64,000 bases of DNA. Origin: Octopus vulgaris (Eukaryota). The notes beneath the pieces were generated by a model. It worked only from the letters and a program-made list of their open reading frames with translations, searched no databases and was not told the DNA's origin. The stretch's first letter is position 1; the number at the start of each line of letters is the position of its first letter. The translations under genes and the position numbers were made by a program. The DNA lies in assembly GCA_951406725.2 (NCBI GenBank), contig OX597817.1, positions 69,378,001-69,442,000 of the forward strand, read 5' to 3'. Below are positions 38,796-53,350 of the stretch, piece after piece.

Positions 38796-40007
38796 ATGAG
38801 TGGTGAAAAAATTGCAATTAGAACCATTGTATGCTACCTGCGGAAAAAAAAGGACTAAGTGCAAGGGCAATGGCAAAAGGAATTAATGATGTGGAAGACC
38901 TAGGGACTGTTAACAAATTTGTGGCACAAAACTGGTTCAGACGTTTTAAGGAAGATTATGCCAGCTTTGAAGACAAACCAAGATCAGGGGGACCTGTTGT
39001 GGAAGATGAAGCCTTGCTTGAAATGATTGAACAATAACCAAGACATCATTGGCTGAACATGGTCCAGCAAAAAGCACTAACAATCAATATCTCCATAATT
39101 TTAACCTTGTGAACAGACGTTGCCAAGAAGTTCTTCATAAACTGACCAATGCTCATACACAATAACTTTTGAATATTAGCATACAACCACAGATCCTCAA
39201 ACAGTCCATTTTTGGCTTCAAATTGTAATAAGAGATGAAAAATGGACCTGTTTTTATAATTCCGAGAACAGAAATCAGTGGTTTCATTCTAGCCAGGTTT
39301 CAGAACCTGTTGTCAAACAAGGGTAGTTTGAGCAGAAAGTCATGTTGTGTGTCTGATGGAATTTCCAGGTGTTGTTGGACTTTGAGCATGTCAGAGATGG
39401 TCATGCAGTGAATATTAACCTTTATGCTCAACAACTGTAGCAAACATATTATGCTTTGACCTGGCAATGGTCAACTGAGGGCATGCACTCCTATAGTATG
39501 ACAATGCCCTAGCACACACTGCTAATATAACCAAAAGCAAACTTGAGGAACTTGTGGAGTTGTAAATATTGCCTCAGTCTGCCTACATTCCAGACCTTAG
39601 ATAGATAAAGAAGATAAACGTTCCTTCTTGAGCCATGCCAGGCTCATAAGGGCCGATTTTCCAGTTTCAGTGATGTAGAAATTCTCCACCTGGGCGGGGT
39701 GCCGGTCCATCACAGGATTACTTATTTTTGCCAGCTGAGTGGACTGGAGCAATGTGAAATAATGTGTTTTGCTCAAGAACACAACGCATTGCCCAGTCCA
39801 GGAATCGAAACCACAACCTTACAATCATGAGTTCAACACCCCCAATCAGATTACCACCTTTTCCAAGTCAGTCTCATTTTACTGCATGAAAATAGGTACA
39901 GGTGGCTTTTTTCCCTCTAAATCAGATAAATTCTATAAGCATGGAACTAACCTTCTGGCACAATGACACCAACAGATAGAATATGAAGGATGTATTTTGA
40001 TGAATAA
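38796..40007 (+). pseudogene. Decayed mariner (DD34D-type) transposase, interrupted by a SINE at about 39599-39845
   Basis: NWFRRFKE...EDKPRSGGP HTH region; IVIRDEKW; KVMLCV-WN; YDNALAHTA; AYIPDL|SDYHLF split by the insertion; FFPSKSDKFYKHG C-terminus. Confidence 0.92.
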
Positions 40008-41072
40008 ACACTTTACATATATAATTTCTTTGTACTATTAATTAATATTTGATGTAGGGAAAACATTTGACAGCACTTGATATTAGATTTAATAAATAAA
40101 TGAGATGTAAAATAAATGTAAAAACTATATATTTGTTTGTTTTAAAAAGCTTTTAATTACTTTTCCTCTGAATTTTTGTTTGTTTAATTTCATTATTAAA
40201 TCTAACAATGTTAATTTCTATATTGTGTTTACGTGGAATGTAAGGACATGATTAAGAGTAAATGTAGGTCAAATCACATCTGTTAAATCACTTTAACAAA
40301 CAAACTAGGGTCCTTTATACACTCAGCCTTTCAGAAATAACAGCTAAATCTCCTCTGAATTACAGTTCTCTATTTGCATCCACATTCACAGCTAAGTTAT
40401 GTATATCCTTCTTAGAGATCAAAGCAATAATTCTTCAAAAAGGAAAGTCACAGTGAATAATGCAGTCCTAGATACATATAATGAGCTGAACTCCAAGCAC
40501 CTTTGATCATAGATCTGCTCGATACTAGCCAACCTGGGGCTAATAATATATTTGTTTACAATTCTGTTCATTTACTTTTTCAATAACAACTCACATGAGA
40601 CTACTTTAAATTATACAAAACTTCTAAATTTAAAATGCTCATATTTAAACTAAAACATTTCATCACGATTTTTTTCAGACAATTTTTGCTTTCTTAAGTT
40701 TGTTTCCAAACATCAACTTGATGACAAATTTTAATATTTTACTAACTTCTAAATTCTTGGTTATTTTCAAAATTTATTGAAACACAGACTGTGTATTTAA
40801 TTAGAAATACCATCAAGAAAAGTTGAAATTTCTTTAAATATCTCTTTTACCCCACTTAGCAACTGATTAAAATATACTTCTCGGAGGAAGCCTAATAACA
40901 TCTTAACATGTCTATTGTTTTCACCAGTTGATTTTAAAAACCAGACCCATTCTAATTAACATTGTTATAGAGTGAAAAACTTTCAGTCAGTAGATCCTCT
41001 TGGAGTTATCTCCTTTCTCAGATTTTAAGCATCCCTATAGAGCACTTTTGTTAACTACTATCTTGGGTACTT

Positions 41073-41297
41073 AAAGGCAGCAAGCCGGCAGAAACATTAG
41101 CACACCGGGCAAAACGCTTAGCGGTATTTCACCTGTCTTTACATTCTGTGTTCAAATTCTGCCAAGGTCAACTTTGCCTTTCATCCTTTCAGGGTCAATA
41201 AATTAAGTACCAGTTGCATACTGGGGGATGATCTAATCGACTGCTCCCCCACCACCATCCCAAAAATTTTGGGCCTTGTGCCTAGAGTAGAAAAGAA
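41073..41297 (+). mobile_element. Meta/MESC-like SINE with 14-bp target-site duplication
   Basis: TATCTTGGGTACTT at 41059-41072 and 41298-41311; tail variant CCTTGTGCCTAGAGTAGAAAAGAA. Confidence 0.9.
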
Positions 41298-41859
41298 TAT
41301 CTTGGGTACTTTAATTTCTTAATTCAAAAATCAAAGATTTTAAACTCACTATATTAGGTATGTGATACTCTACCATACATGTGTTTAATATGCAGAACAC
41401 TCTCCTTAGATATTTTTCTCCTATCTTATTATTAAGGCATCATATAACATGAATTGGGTTTACTAATTCTATAAATTTATAACATCTCCATCTGCTTCTG
41501 CAACCTACCCAACATCATCACTCTCATCCTTCTCCAATCTACTGATTCATCATTACTATTCTTCTGCACAGCTCTGTCAGTTATCTCCTATGCCCCCACT
41601 TAATTGTAATCCAGTTCCATCTGATCACTCCCACCCTCTCTTCTAGAATGTGAGTTGTCATGTTGCTCCACTACAATAAGGAACTTGATCTGCTCTGGAC
41701 CCTTCTTTCATGTTTACCCATCCTTTCATCCTTATCTCCCAGAATAAGGTTACCCCCTCAGAGTTTGTAGTCATGCAAAATGCGTAGTGGCCTCACTACT
41801 ACTGGCTTGGCTCTCCATCAATTATGATGACAATTATGATTATGTTGACTGAATCCAGC

Positions 41860-42290
41860 TCATAAAGGTAACAAGCAAGTGGCTGAGTACTCCACAGACA
41901 CATATACTCTTAATGTAGTTTTCAGGAAGATTGAGCTTGACACAGAATGTGACAAGGCTGATCCTTTTGAATTACACCTGCATATTCATTTTTGCCAGTT
42001 GAATGGACTGGAGAAATGTGAAATAAAGTGTCTTGCTCAAGGTCAGAACACACCACCATGAACCAAACTGATGATCTTAGGATTATGAGCCAAATACCCT
42101 AACCACAAAACCAAGTGCCTTCACTACCATTGGTGGCACAAAAAAAAGCACCAAGTACATGTTGTAAAGTGATTGACATTAGGAAGAGCATCCAACTTTA
42201 GAAACCATACAAAGCAGACACTGGAGTGTAATGCAGTCCTTGGGTCCATCAGATTTTATCCAATTATCTGACCCATGCTAGCATGAAAGA
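41860..42290. mobile_element. tRNA SINE (minus, about 41860-42125) abutting an RTE 3' UTR repeat (plus, about 42130-42290)
   Basis: AAAGTGTCTTGCTCAAGG core on the minus strand; TTAGGAAGAGCATCC motif on the plus strand. Confidence 0.7.
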
Positions 42291-42291
42291 T

Positions 42292-42354
<63 letters not shown>

Positions 42355-42566
42355 ATGTATATTATGATACTTATATACATGTATATAGAATATGTATATA
42401 AATATAAACTTTATATGCATCGGTAAAGATATTTAAATGAATGTTATTCATGAATTATGAGAAATAGAAGAGAGAATGAGTGGCAAAGACAGACACTAAA
42501 TCTATGTATTTATATACACACAGCTGGTGTATGTATATATATATACACACATGAACCAGCATTGGA

Positions 42567-42650
<84 letters not shown>

Positions 42651-43256
42651 CTTACACCAACAATATATATACATACACCAGCAATGGCCAGCCATCATCG
42701 TTTAGTGAACCTCACAATCAGATTGTGAAGCAAAGAATAGCATTAATCTTTGCTACTTTATTGTTATTGTCAGACATTCTCCCTCTTGAGTTGCGTCCAT
42801 CATTTTAATTTTCTTTGCTGGGAAATCATTTAATTTGAGAAGACAAAGAAGAGACAAAGAGAAGGAGAGAATAAACTAACGGTTGTTTGGTAAAAACAAC
42901 GAGTTATCTGGTAAGAAATGTATAGATTAAATTGATATTGTTAATGGTGTTTTTGAACCTCTAATGACTGAAAAGTGCTGTGCTTCGTGATTTAGTTGGG
43001 CACATGAGATTGGTTCTCAGTTATGTTGTTGGTGTGTGTGTGTGTGTGTGTGTCAGTGAATGTGTGCATGCCTGTTTGATTTGGTTTTGTGATGAGAATG
43101 AAGATTGCACGGTTCAAATAATTAAATTTATAAATACAAGGGTTGTGTACATAAAATGCACACATACATTGTGTGTGTGTGTGTGTGTGTGCATGTATGT
43201 ATATACCTATATACATATGATTCTATGTAAACATATGTGCATACACACACACACAC

Positions 43257-43293
<37 letters not shown>

Positions 43294-43979
43294 GACACAC
43301 ATGCATGTATGCATATGCATACCTGCAAAAACACACATCTATATATATATATTCATACATGTATGCATACATACATTCAAACATACGCATACATGCTCAT
43401 ATATGTTTACATACACACACACATACACATACCTACATACAAATTCTTAAATCTTTAAACATAGACAGACACAAACACATACACAGCTTGCTATAAAACC
43501 AATTTATAAAAATTACTGACAAAATCTATATCTTTTGTCAAAAGTCAAATGAAGAAGAACCGATGCAAATAAATTTTTAATAAGAAATATAAATTTTAAG
43601 AATGTCTATAAAAGACTTGGCAGAAAACCAGAAGAAAGAACAAATAGATAATAAAAATATTTATTGTTACATTATCATTAGAGTGTTTGGATGTATTGCA
43701 AGGGGTGTGCCTATATCTACACCAGATAATTCCATTCAACGATGTAATATACATTTATGCATTCACTTGCTTCAATAATTAATTCTTGTAAATATCCTGA
43801 AATCTTCAGAATGAAATAAGTGGTACTAAGTTAAGAAAAATGGTCAATATAAGTTGAATTTGTGGTTATTGGAGAATGGGGAAAATTTATACTTTGTAGA
43901 AGTTTGGAATTTTCATATCAAAACTTTTATGCAATGATGAAGACGATTATGATGATGTAGTTTCTGTTATTGTTATTGA

Positions 43980-44670
43980 GGTTTAGCCCCAGGCTGATTC
44001 TGATCAAATAAACATGTGGTCAAAGGCATCTCAGTGCTTGTGATCATCCTGTCTTTTTGGCAGATGTTGTAGGAGTATATTATGTAATGTGATCAATCTG
44101 TCTTTGAGACAGTAGGATGAGATCTGAGGAAGATTTGGCTGCTATTTTTAGCAAATTGATTAACCATAGGCTTCTTTGCTGTGATTGAACAAATCTATTA
44201 TCAAAGATATTCCAGTTGTAACCATCCCATCTTTTTTTGGTAGATGTAAGATTATATTATTTAATATATTGTCTTTATCTGAGACAGCAGGTTGAGATTT
44301 GAGGAAGATTTGGTCACTATGTTTAGCAAATTGAGCAACCATATAAAACCTTCCTCATTGTGATTTGAATAAATCTATAAGCAAAGGTATTCCAGCAGTG
44401 ACCATCCCATCTGTTTGGCAGATATGGGGTTAGTATCTAATGTGTTCTCTCTTTAAGACAGTAGATTGAGATTTGAGGAAGATTTTGTAGTTAATTTTAG
44501 CAGATTGCGCAACTATGTAAAGACTTCCTTGTAGTTACTATTTTTTTGCTGTTTAGCCTCAAATCAGCTCTGCCTGAGCAGACTGATAATCAAAGGTATT
44601 CCAACTATGACCATCCCATATTATTCCTGTCTACAGGCAATCTAACTCTACATTATCCAAAATATCCATT
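43980..44670 (+). repeat. About 3.5 diverged tandem copies of a roughly 180-bp dispersed repeat
   Basis: CAAAGRYATTCCAG...ACCATCCCATC...GATTTGAGGAAGATTTGG units near 44020, 44201, 44381 and 44590. Single copies of these motifs occur elsewhere in the window. Confidence 0.75.
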
Positions 44671-44785
44671 TTCCATATTGGTTGGTGTAATAACGTTGGC
44701 AAGAGTAATGCTTGTCACATGACTGAAGTAAATCATTATTTAGATAATGATAAAATATACATTAGCAATTGTTTTTCTAAACTGC

Positions 44786-44995
44786 TTAACCTTTTAGCAT
44801 ACAGATTATCCTGTCAAATATAATGCTTATTTATTTACATTATTTTCAATTAAGCATGTATTATATTGTAGCTTCAAGATTCCAATGACATGGCATTTTA
44901 TTTTTAGAATGACATTGTAGGGTGCATGTGAGGGCCAAATTTGACTAGTAGAACATGCTGAATATTTTGGCTGGATATGGTCAGTTTAAATGTTA
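44786..44995. mobile_element. Decayed piggyBac-type MITE (second family)
   Basis: Starts TTAACCTTTTAGCAT; degenerate inverted end TTTAAATGTTA. Confidence 0.5.
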
Positions 44996-45614
44996 TGTTG
45001 TTTTTTTTTTTTTATTTTGTCTTTTTTTTATTGCATCTGAAACGATGAAAGGCAAAGTTGACCTTAGTTCATCATCATTTTAATATCCACTTTTGCTTTC
45101 TTGCATGGGTCAGAGGAAGTTTATTGGGCAGATTTTTCTAGAACCAGATGCTAATCCACACTTGTTTCTAAGTAAGGTAATATTTCCTCAGTAATATTTT
45201 CATGGAAGGCTAGAAATCAAGAACACTGCTTATGTAACAGTAATATTTGCTTATAACTACCATGTGATGTCAAGACAAAGAAACAGTTATACACACACAC
45301 ACACACACACACATGTTCATCTGTCGGGGTGACAAGGACTGTCCAGTCATCTTTATGATGAGTGATCTCTTGCACAGTGACTTTATTTAAAGTGAAGAAG
45401 AGTTCTGTACCATCAATGACATTCTCTCAGCCATGACCATCTTCAGTCCAGTGACAAAAGCCAGTCAAGAAAGCTGGAGAAGAAGACAGATGTTGTGGAT
45501 GACCAAGATGTCTTACTTGCCTCGTCTTGTTCTCTACACTCTGCTATGTATTGCTGCAGCTGCCTTCCTTTCCAATGGACCATGAAGGTTTCTTCCAGAG
45601 TGTCTGCTGAATCC

Positions 45615-46020
45615 AGCATTCAAATACCCTCCTGATAATCCTTGCTGACACTAAGAGACAAACCTTCTGTAGGAGCTCTAACGGGCACTCTATTCCAATT
45701 TCCTTCAGCTATCTGTTTATATCTTGGCTTACTGTTCCCAACGTACTAATTATTATAGGCATGACCTTTACTGTTTGCATGCTCCAAATTCTTCCCATTT
45801 CAAATTTTAAGGGATTATTTCTTTTTATCACAGGTTTTGTTGGAACTCCTGGAGCCTTGCATGTGTAGCAGGCTTGCTACCCACAGCCTATGGTACCATG
45901 CTATCCATTCCATTATCTAATACTTTCCTGATTATTCTGGCCATGCCAAGGAGGCAAACGGTTTCTAAGAGTCCTACTGGGCACTCAATTCCAATTTCCT
46001 TTATATTTCTCTCATTATTA
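45615..46020 (-). mobile_element. Two R4/Dong-like LINE 3' fragments
   Basis: EMGRIWSMQTVKVMPIIISTLGTV...LLQKVCLLVSARIIRRV; homologous to 54.7-55.1 kb. Confidence 0.7.
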
Positions 46021-46993
46021 TTAAGACTGTGAAGGTGAATGGCTCAGTGGTTAGAGTGTTGGGCTCACAATCATGAGGTAGTGAATTTGATTCATGGACA
46101 ACTGGGCTGTGTTGTGTTCTTGAGCAAGACACTTTATTTTACATTGCTCCAGTTTACTCAGATGTACAAATGAGTTGTGACATCACTCATTATTTTGGGT
46201 ATGTGGTTTTAGAAAAGTTGGGTTAAGTGCCTTGCTGAAGGAAATGATCAATACCTCCAGAATACAAATTCAATGTACCAAAGAAATACATCAAGACTTA
46301 AGCTATTCCACCACTGACTGTCCATTTGAAAATTGCATTACAATCAATCAATAAAGGAATAAAATAAAATTGCATTAGCAAATCATTGATGTTAAAATCA
46401 AGATGATATATTTAGTTTGCGATAAACATCAATACTTTCTAACTTTGAAACTTGTAGATTAAATCTAAAATCACACCAGAAAAATAATACAGTACACCCA
46501 GCCATCACTTGTGAGTGAGTATGAACTGGTAACATGTACCAATTGGTTTTGAGAGACAGGTACAGGTGTGGATGTGCAGTAAGCATGTTGCCTCCTTGCT
46601 ATGTAGTTTTGGGTTTGCTCCCACTGCATAGCACCTCAGACAAGTGTCTTCTACTACCACCTCAGGCTGACAAAAGCTTTGTGAGTGACAGAAACTGGAA
46701 GGAGCCTCTCTGTCTCTCTGTCACACTCTGGTTCCCAGTGACCTGTTGTGTCCTTGAGCACTTGAGCAAGACACTTTATTTCACATTTCTTCTGTCCACT
46801 CAGCTGGCAAAAATAGGTAGTACCTGTATTTCAAAAGGGCTAGCCTTGTCACACTCTGGTCATGCTGAATCTCCCCGAGAACTACGTTAAGGGCACACAT
46901 ATCTGTGGAGTACTCAGTCATTTACACATTAATTCTGAGCAGCTGGATCAACTGGACCCTTTGTTGTCATAACCAACAGAGTGAGTTTCTTTT

Positions 46994-47231
46994 AAGGTGG
47001 TGAGCTGGCAGAAATGTTAGCATGCTGGGTGAAATGCTTAGCAGTATTTCGTCTGCCGCTACGTGTTCTGAGTTCAAATTCCGCTGAGGTCAACTTTGCC
47101 TTTCATCCTTTCAGAGTCAATTAAAGAAGTACCAGTTATGCACTGGGATTGATATAATTGACTTAATCTGTTTGTCTGTCCTTGTTTGTCTCCTCTGTGT
47201 GTAGCCCCTTGTGGGCAGTAAAGAAATAAGA
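46994..47231 (+). mobile_element. Full-length Meta/MESC-like SINE
   Basis: GGTGGTGAGCTGGCAGAA head; GTTCAAATTCC; CTTTGCCTTTCATCCTTTC core; CCCCTTGTGGGCAGTAAAGAAATAAG tail. Confidence 0.88.
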
Positions 47232-50200
47232 GTGCCAGTTTTTTATAGATACCCATATTTTTAATAATTATTTAAGTGAATTTAATATTTGCATAATTTA
47301 GAATGAGGTAACTATAGTGACCACCCCTGCTTTGGAAATATCAGTAATCTGGAAAGGCTTTGGAAGTAAAGGTACCTGAAATTCGGTGTTGTACCTATAC
47401 TGAATAAAATATGTCAAGAAGGACTATGGAATTGACATATTTAAAATGCTGGATGGATAATAAGCACCTAATTATTTTGCCTGACTACTTATAGGTCATA
47501 GGTCTACCTAATCAGGGATAATTAGGTGAGATGGTCACAGCTGGAATAATTTTGGTCATAGGTCTGCATCATCAGAGGTGAGCAGAAGCTAAACAATACG
47601 AAAAACAACAACAACATCAATGACAGCGATAGGTTATGAAATTGAAGATGCTACCATCAACTCTGGTGTCAGCTTGCTATTGATAATACCAGAGATGAAT
47701 GCAGTGATGTTAAAGTTAGTATCAATGATGATGATGATCATTATCATCATTATTATCATCATAGGGATGATGGTGACATCAATGTTAGCAAAGGTAGTGA
47801 TAATGGTAATAATGTCAATGATAACAGTGCCAAGAAAGATATTACAATGATTGTGATGATGAACATGACGTACAGTGAAGGCAGCAGAATAGTGATTATG
47901 ATTTTGTTAATGAAAAGAATTTATATTCTAATGTAGTCCTGTATCATTAAGAGAATTTTTATATTGATTTTTTCTCCAAGTATGTGAGTGAGAGATAAAT
48001 GTATATATATATGTGCGTGTATGTGTGTGAGTATAAACTAATACAAATACTACATATACAACAATGCACATACACACACATACATAAACACACACACACA
48101 CATATATACATATACATGTGTGTGTGTATACACACACAGACACACGTAAATATAAGCAACATACATATGCTCACACAACCACGTATATACATACATTTCT
48201 ACATGTGTGTATATACATAAATATTATGTACACACACACATATACATACATAACAGCATACACATATATATATATGTACACACAAACACGTACATACATA
48301 CATTTCTACACATATGTATATACATAAATACATACACACACAGATAGATATATATACACACATATATATATATATATATATACATATCTGGTTTTTGTTG
48401 CTGTTGGCTTTGTACTGCATTATGCATTTATTGCTGTTTGAGTTATTTGCTGATAATATTTCTTTTTTCATTTTATCTTATCAGTGCAGTTTTTGTCTTT
48501 CCTTCCTCGTTTGCTTGTTTGCATGAATAAAACAAAGATTTTGGTTTTGGTAATTCCCAGTATTAATCCGATTTTTTCTCATGTTTCTTGTTTTTCTCCA
48601 TTTCACATAGATATATATATGTTTGTATGTGTTTTGTTTATTTGGGTTTTTGTTTTTGCAATGCTGGTCTTCAGCACACAGAATTGATAATGGAATGATA
48701 ATCCATATTTGATCTGTATTATCACATCAGTAAAAAAAGTAAAGACAATATACAAAAAGTAGTCATTTTGTCTGTTCTATCTATTCCAAAACTGCTAAAA
48801 AGAAACAAAAAGAAAAAGAAATGGCACAATCTCTAGAGACAGTTATTTTGTCACGTCAAAAAATTTTGACAGAGATCCATTATAAAATCTTACTCAAATA
48901 TACATACAGGCATACAGACACATACATATATATTTCAATACATATCAAACATACATACATTTGTACATGCATTCAAACATACATATATACATACACACTC
49001 ATACACACATGCATATATACAACAAGCATAAATACACACATATATATATATACATATAAACATACATACAATTCATTCCAAACTTGCATGCACGCACAAA
49101 TACAGAATATTACAGGAGCTTGTACAAGTTCATTCATTTGCAAAAAATAGCAGTCAACTCCCTGAAATCACATCCTACTGTCTTAAAAAATGTATACATA
49201 TTAGATAAAGTGGCCTTGAATTCTCTGTATAATGTGATGAGAATACATTTTGTGATAGGTTTGTGAAGTTGGGGCTGACCAGGTGTTAAACAACAACAGC
49301 TAACATGAATATTTTTCTCTTCCTTTTTTGAATTAAGACTGAACTGTATTAATACAATAAGTGTAAGGAATTTTAAAGTAAGGAATTACAAAGATAGTTA
49401 GAACTTAAAGCTTCAAAACTTTGATGAAAATATCTGCAGAACATTCGTCTGTGTATGATAAGAGTAAAATCAATATAAAGAAGAATTATAGTTGTTCTTG
49501 GAATCTGAATACTTAGTTCTACATCCTTAGCCTCACTTAGATATTGATCAACAAAAATATATATTACATAGACTAAAAGAAATGTTATTGGTGAATCTTC
49601 AGAAAAATTTCCATTTTAGCCAATTTTGTTTTTGTCTTGGAAATGGAAATTTTCTCAAAGTTTCCCCAATATCTAACTTTAATCTTATAGTAGTGATAAA
49701 AAAATTAGTATTCATTCTTCATTCTAGAAATTTTCTTGAAATTTCCCCAATATTTGATCTTCTGACATTAAGCCTTTAGGAATGTAAAAACTTAAATGCT
49801 ATTCAGTTGTTCTTATTTTCATTTTAACTTAAACATTTCAACTTTATCATTTTGCACCATTCTCCTTTCTGAGAAAGGACAAATATTCATATGCAAACAA
49901 AATTTGTGCAGGTATTTTCCTCAAAGTTTTGAGGCTTTAAGTTTTATTTATCTTTGTAATTTCTCACACTATATTAATGTGGTAAACTTCTAATTTTAAA
50001 AATAAATTTTAATATAAACAGTTATTATTTAATCATCTCTCATCTTGAACTAGTTGAATTAATTACAAATAATGAATTATTTAGCACATTACACTGATGG
50101 AGTAAGATATGCTGAAACACACCATTTGTAGATATGAATAATTAAATACATTTGTTAAAAATATATCTATTGCCTTTAAGAAATCTTCAAAGTTATCAAT

Positions 50201-50751
50201 TGCACATATTCTGAAACTTTAAAATAATCAAAACAATCATGTGAAAACAAAAGAAAATTAACATTAATTAACCCTAGAGAAGCAACAAATATTGACAGGA
50301 TGGAAAATGTCATTATCTTTCTTAATACACTCCTAGATATTAATTCAGTGAAACTTCTACCTAACTCGAGTTTTAAATAAATAAAACATACTCTAACATG
50401 GCTTTCATATAACACTATTTTTATATTGGTTTCAGTAATTGACACCACTTTCAAGGAGTGTTTTCATGGATTACATTGACCCCAAAATTTATTTTAATTT
50501 GTCACCTATTTTAGCAATTTCTATTGAATAGTAGACTTTGAACATTCTTCTTTCTTTAGTTTACTTTTTGTTTGTTTGTTTGCACAAATAGACATTCCTC
50601 AATGTACTGTTATACATAAACATACATACACAAACACATACACGCCCATACATGTTTGTATGTATGTAAGCATATATATATGTGTATATATATAAATGTG
50701 TACATATCTATGCATACATATATGCATGGATACATATATGCATATATGCAT

Positions 50752-53350
50752 TAGGGTGGCTCCTATTTTTCAACTTTCTGAAAGTTTAGCTCCCACCCTA
50801 CTATCTTGTTCCAATTAACAAAAAAAATCAATCTATGCAAAATTTTAGCTCAAGCAGACAACTATAAGCGGACAACTTCATCGACTGTGAAATTTTGAAA
50901 TTTCCATCCGGAAAGTCATTTTTACAGATACAATTTTTTATCTCTCATATAATTTTTTCTTAAATTAAAAACTTGTTCAGACTTATTCTTGGTATTAGAA
51001 GGATAAGTGACAATAAATATAATGGGGGAAGGTAACTTGCAAAACTGGGGATAGAGCGCAGGTATAGGGCGAACACCTATATTTTGCCGTCATCCAGTCA
51101 GCAGCTAGCTGTAAGCAAGTGAGGTTGTGAGTTGCGTTCATTCATTGAAAGAAGTCTACTGAACCTAATGGTAGTGTAGAGAAATAAAATATTAAGAAAT
51201 ATACGTTAGTTATAAACAGTGAACTAATATGACTTGTCTGCGTTTGTAAATATGAGTTAATTTATTTGTAATAACTTGTAAGCACTCATTCATTTTGAAA
51301 TTATTATGAAATAGATCTTCTCCTGTTGTGTTGGTAGCCCTGACAAAGTTGTAATACCATGTTTATAATTTCTACAGTTTTATAGCATTATATACTTTGT
51401 ATACTTATTTTGCGACCAAATATGATGCCTTTGGTGACTAATTCTTCCATTTTTTCATTCAGAACTGTTTGTGCAGGTGCAAAGTGGCTTCTGTGACGTA
51501 TTCTTCCTAGACCTGTGAAATGGCATCATCATCTTGAGGTAGTTCATCACACAAGTTGAGAAAAGATTTTCAAGCAACTTTTGTTGGCTCCGTTTCCAAT
51601 CAAATCATGGGAGCCAAGCTACTCTTGAATTGGCAAGTTTTAAGTGGGTTTTTTTTCTATAATATAAGAGTTGTAAATCTTATAATGAAAGAAAGTGCAG
51701 CATTAATGATTCAAGAAGTTTCCATGTTTTGGCAAAAAGCATGAATTCCTACCAGAAGAACTGACCACTGCGTTGATAAGGTACTCAAACTCTATGATGA
51801 ATGGAATGGTTTACAGAAAAATTTGACAAGAATTGCAGGCAAGGAAAAAGAAAACTTTTTGTGGAAATGATGGACGATCTCTTTGACATAGTTCATTCAG
51901 ATGCTTTAGGACAAATGAAAATTGAAGAGGATAAGAAGTTCTTAATTCTTCAGTGCCAAAAAAGGATGACCAGGCTCCATGGTTGGTGTAGATAAAAAGT
52001 TAAAACTCAAGGAAGAAAGAGCACTGAAGCACACTTCAATGAAAACTGTCAGGAAAAAAAAATCTTATGAAGAAATGGAACAAAATTTTACTTTCATCAG
52101 TTTGCTACATCGGAAACTGATGATTCAACACCAAGCAGCTAAAGCAGTAATGGTGGTGATGACAGTGAAAATTCCTGTCATCATTCAGCAAATATCAGCA
52201 ACAGCAACAATCAAAGCAGCAACAACAGTTCCAGCAACTTGAGGTACATTGCAGTTTTTTACTCCCTGTCTCTCTGATGTTTTTGATAAGTACAAAATCA
52301 TTGAAAGAAATGGAATTTACATATCAATGGCTTCCGGGTGTGATACTAAAAATCTGGTAATAAATCGCACTTCTTTTCAGCACTTTAGAAAAAAATTTAG
52401 AGAAGCAAGACACACAGAAATACAGTACAAATTTAACCTAAACAACTGTCAAGAATTAGTGTTGCACTGGGATAGAAAGCTACTCCCAGCATTCACAAGA
52501 GTTGGAAAGGTCGATAGACTGGCAATAATAGTAACTTTTCAAAGCAAGGAGCAATTGTTGGGAGTCTCTGAAATTCCAACATCTTCAGGAAAACAGCAAG
52601 CCATGGCTGTTTACCAAGCAGTGGAGAAGTGGGGTATAACCTAAAAAATTCAGGCACTTTGCTGTGATATGATAGCAAGCAACACAGGTTGAGTAAATGG
52701 TGCCTGTACAAATCAAGGAAAATTGTTCAATCGTGACCTGTTGTACTTCCCTTGCTATCATCACATTTTTGAGTTACATTTTAGGAGCTGTTTCGACTCA
52801 CTGATGGATGCAACTTCTGGTCCAGACATGGCATTTTTCAAAAGATTTAGAGAAACCTGGACAAAACTCAGCAAGAAGGTTTACATAACTGGTAGCAATA
52901 AAGTTCCTGATGATGTCCGCTCTACCATTCTTGGATTTCTTGAATACCACCTTTCTACGCAGAAACAACAAGGAGATAATTACCAAGAATTGTTGGAGTT
53001 AATGATGATCTTTCTTGGCAGCATTCCGAAGAACAGGATATTGTTTTGTACACCAGGAGCTGTAAGTCACGCTAGGTGAATGCCACAAGCAATTTATGTA
53101 TTCAAGATAGACCTTTTTCAAGATCAATTTCAGTTATCTCCTCGGGAGAAGAACTCTTTAAGAAGAATATGTATTTTTCATGCTTGAGAATATATTTGAG
53201 CCTGGTTTTTGACATCAGAACCAATTAAAGCACCTTATTATGATTTCCTATTCATGCATCAACTGATAAATTATCAGAAATCAGTAAGGCTGCTGTGAAA
53301 AATTTTTTCCAACCATCTCTGGTACTTAGCTCCTGAAACCGTAGCTCTGT
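50752..53350 (+). mobile_element. Decayed DDE DNA transposon, hAT-like (probably hATm group), 3'-truncated
   Basis: Starts TAGGGTGG. Collinear ORF fragments: FWQKA-IPT; LVLHWDRKLLP; KVDRLAIIV; EQLLGV; ALCCDMIASNTG; LYFPCYHHIFEL (CxxH); YQELLEL; PGAVSHAR; HLWYL. The subgroup assignment is from recall. Confidence 0.8.

Noticed and set aside
49500-50460. Minus-strand IGETLRKF / IGEISRKF resembling a GIY-YIG motif
   Set aside because: Too short and degraded to annotate as a PLE ORF without a profile search.
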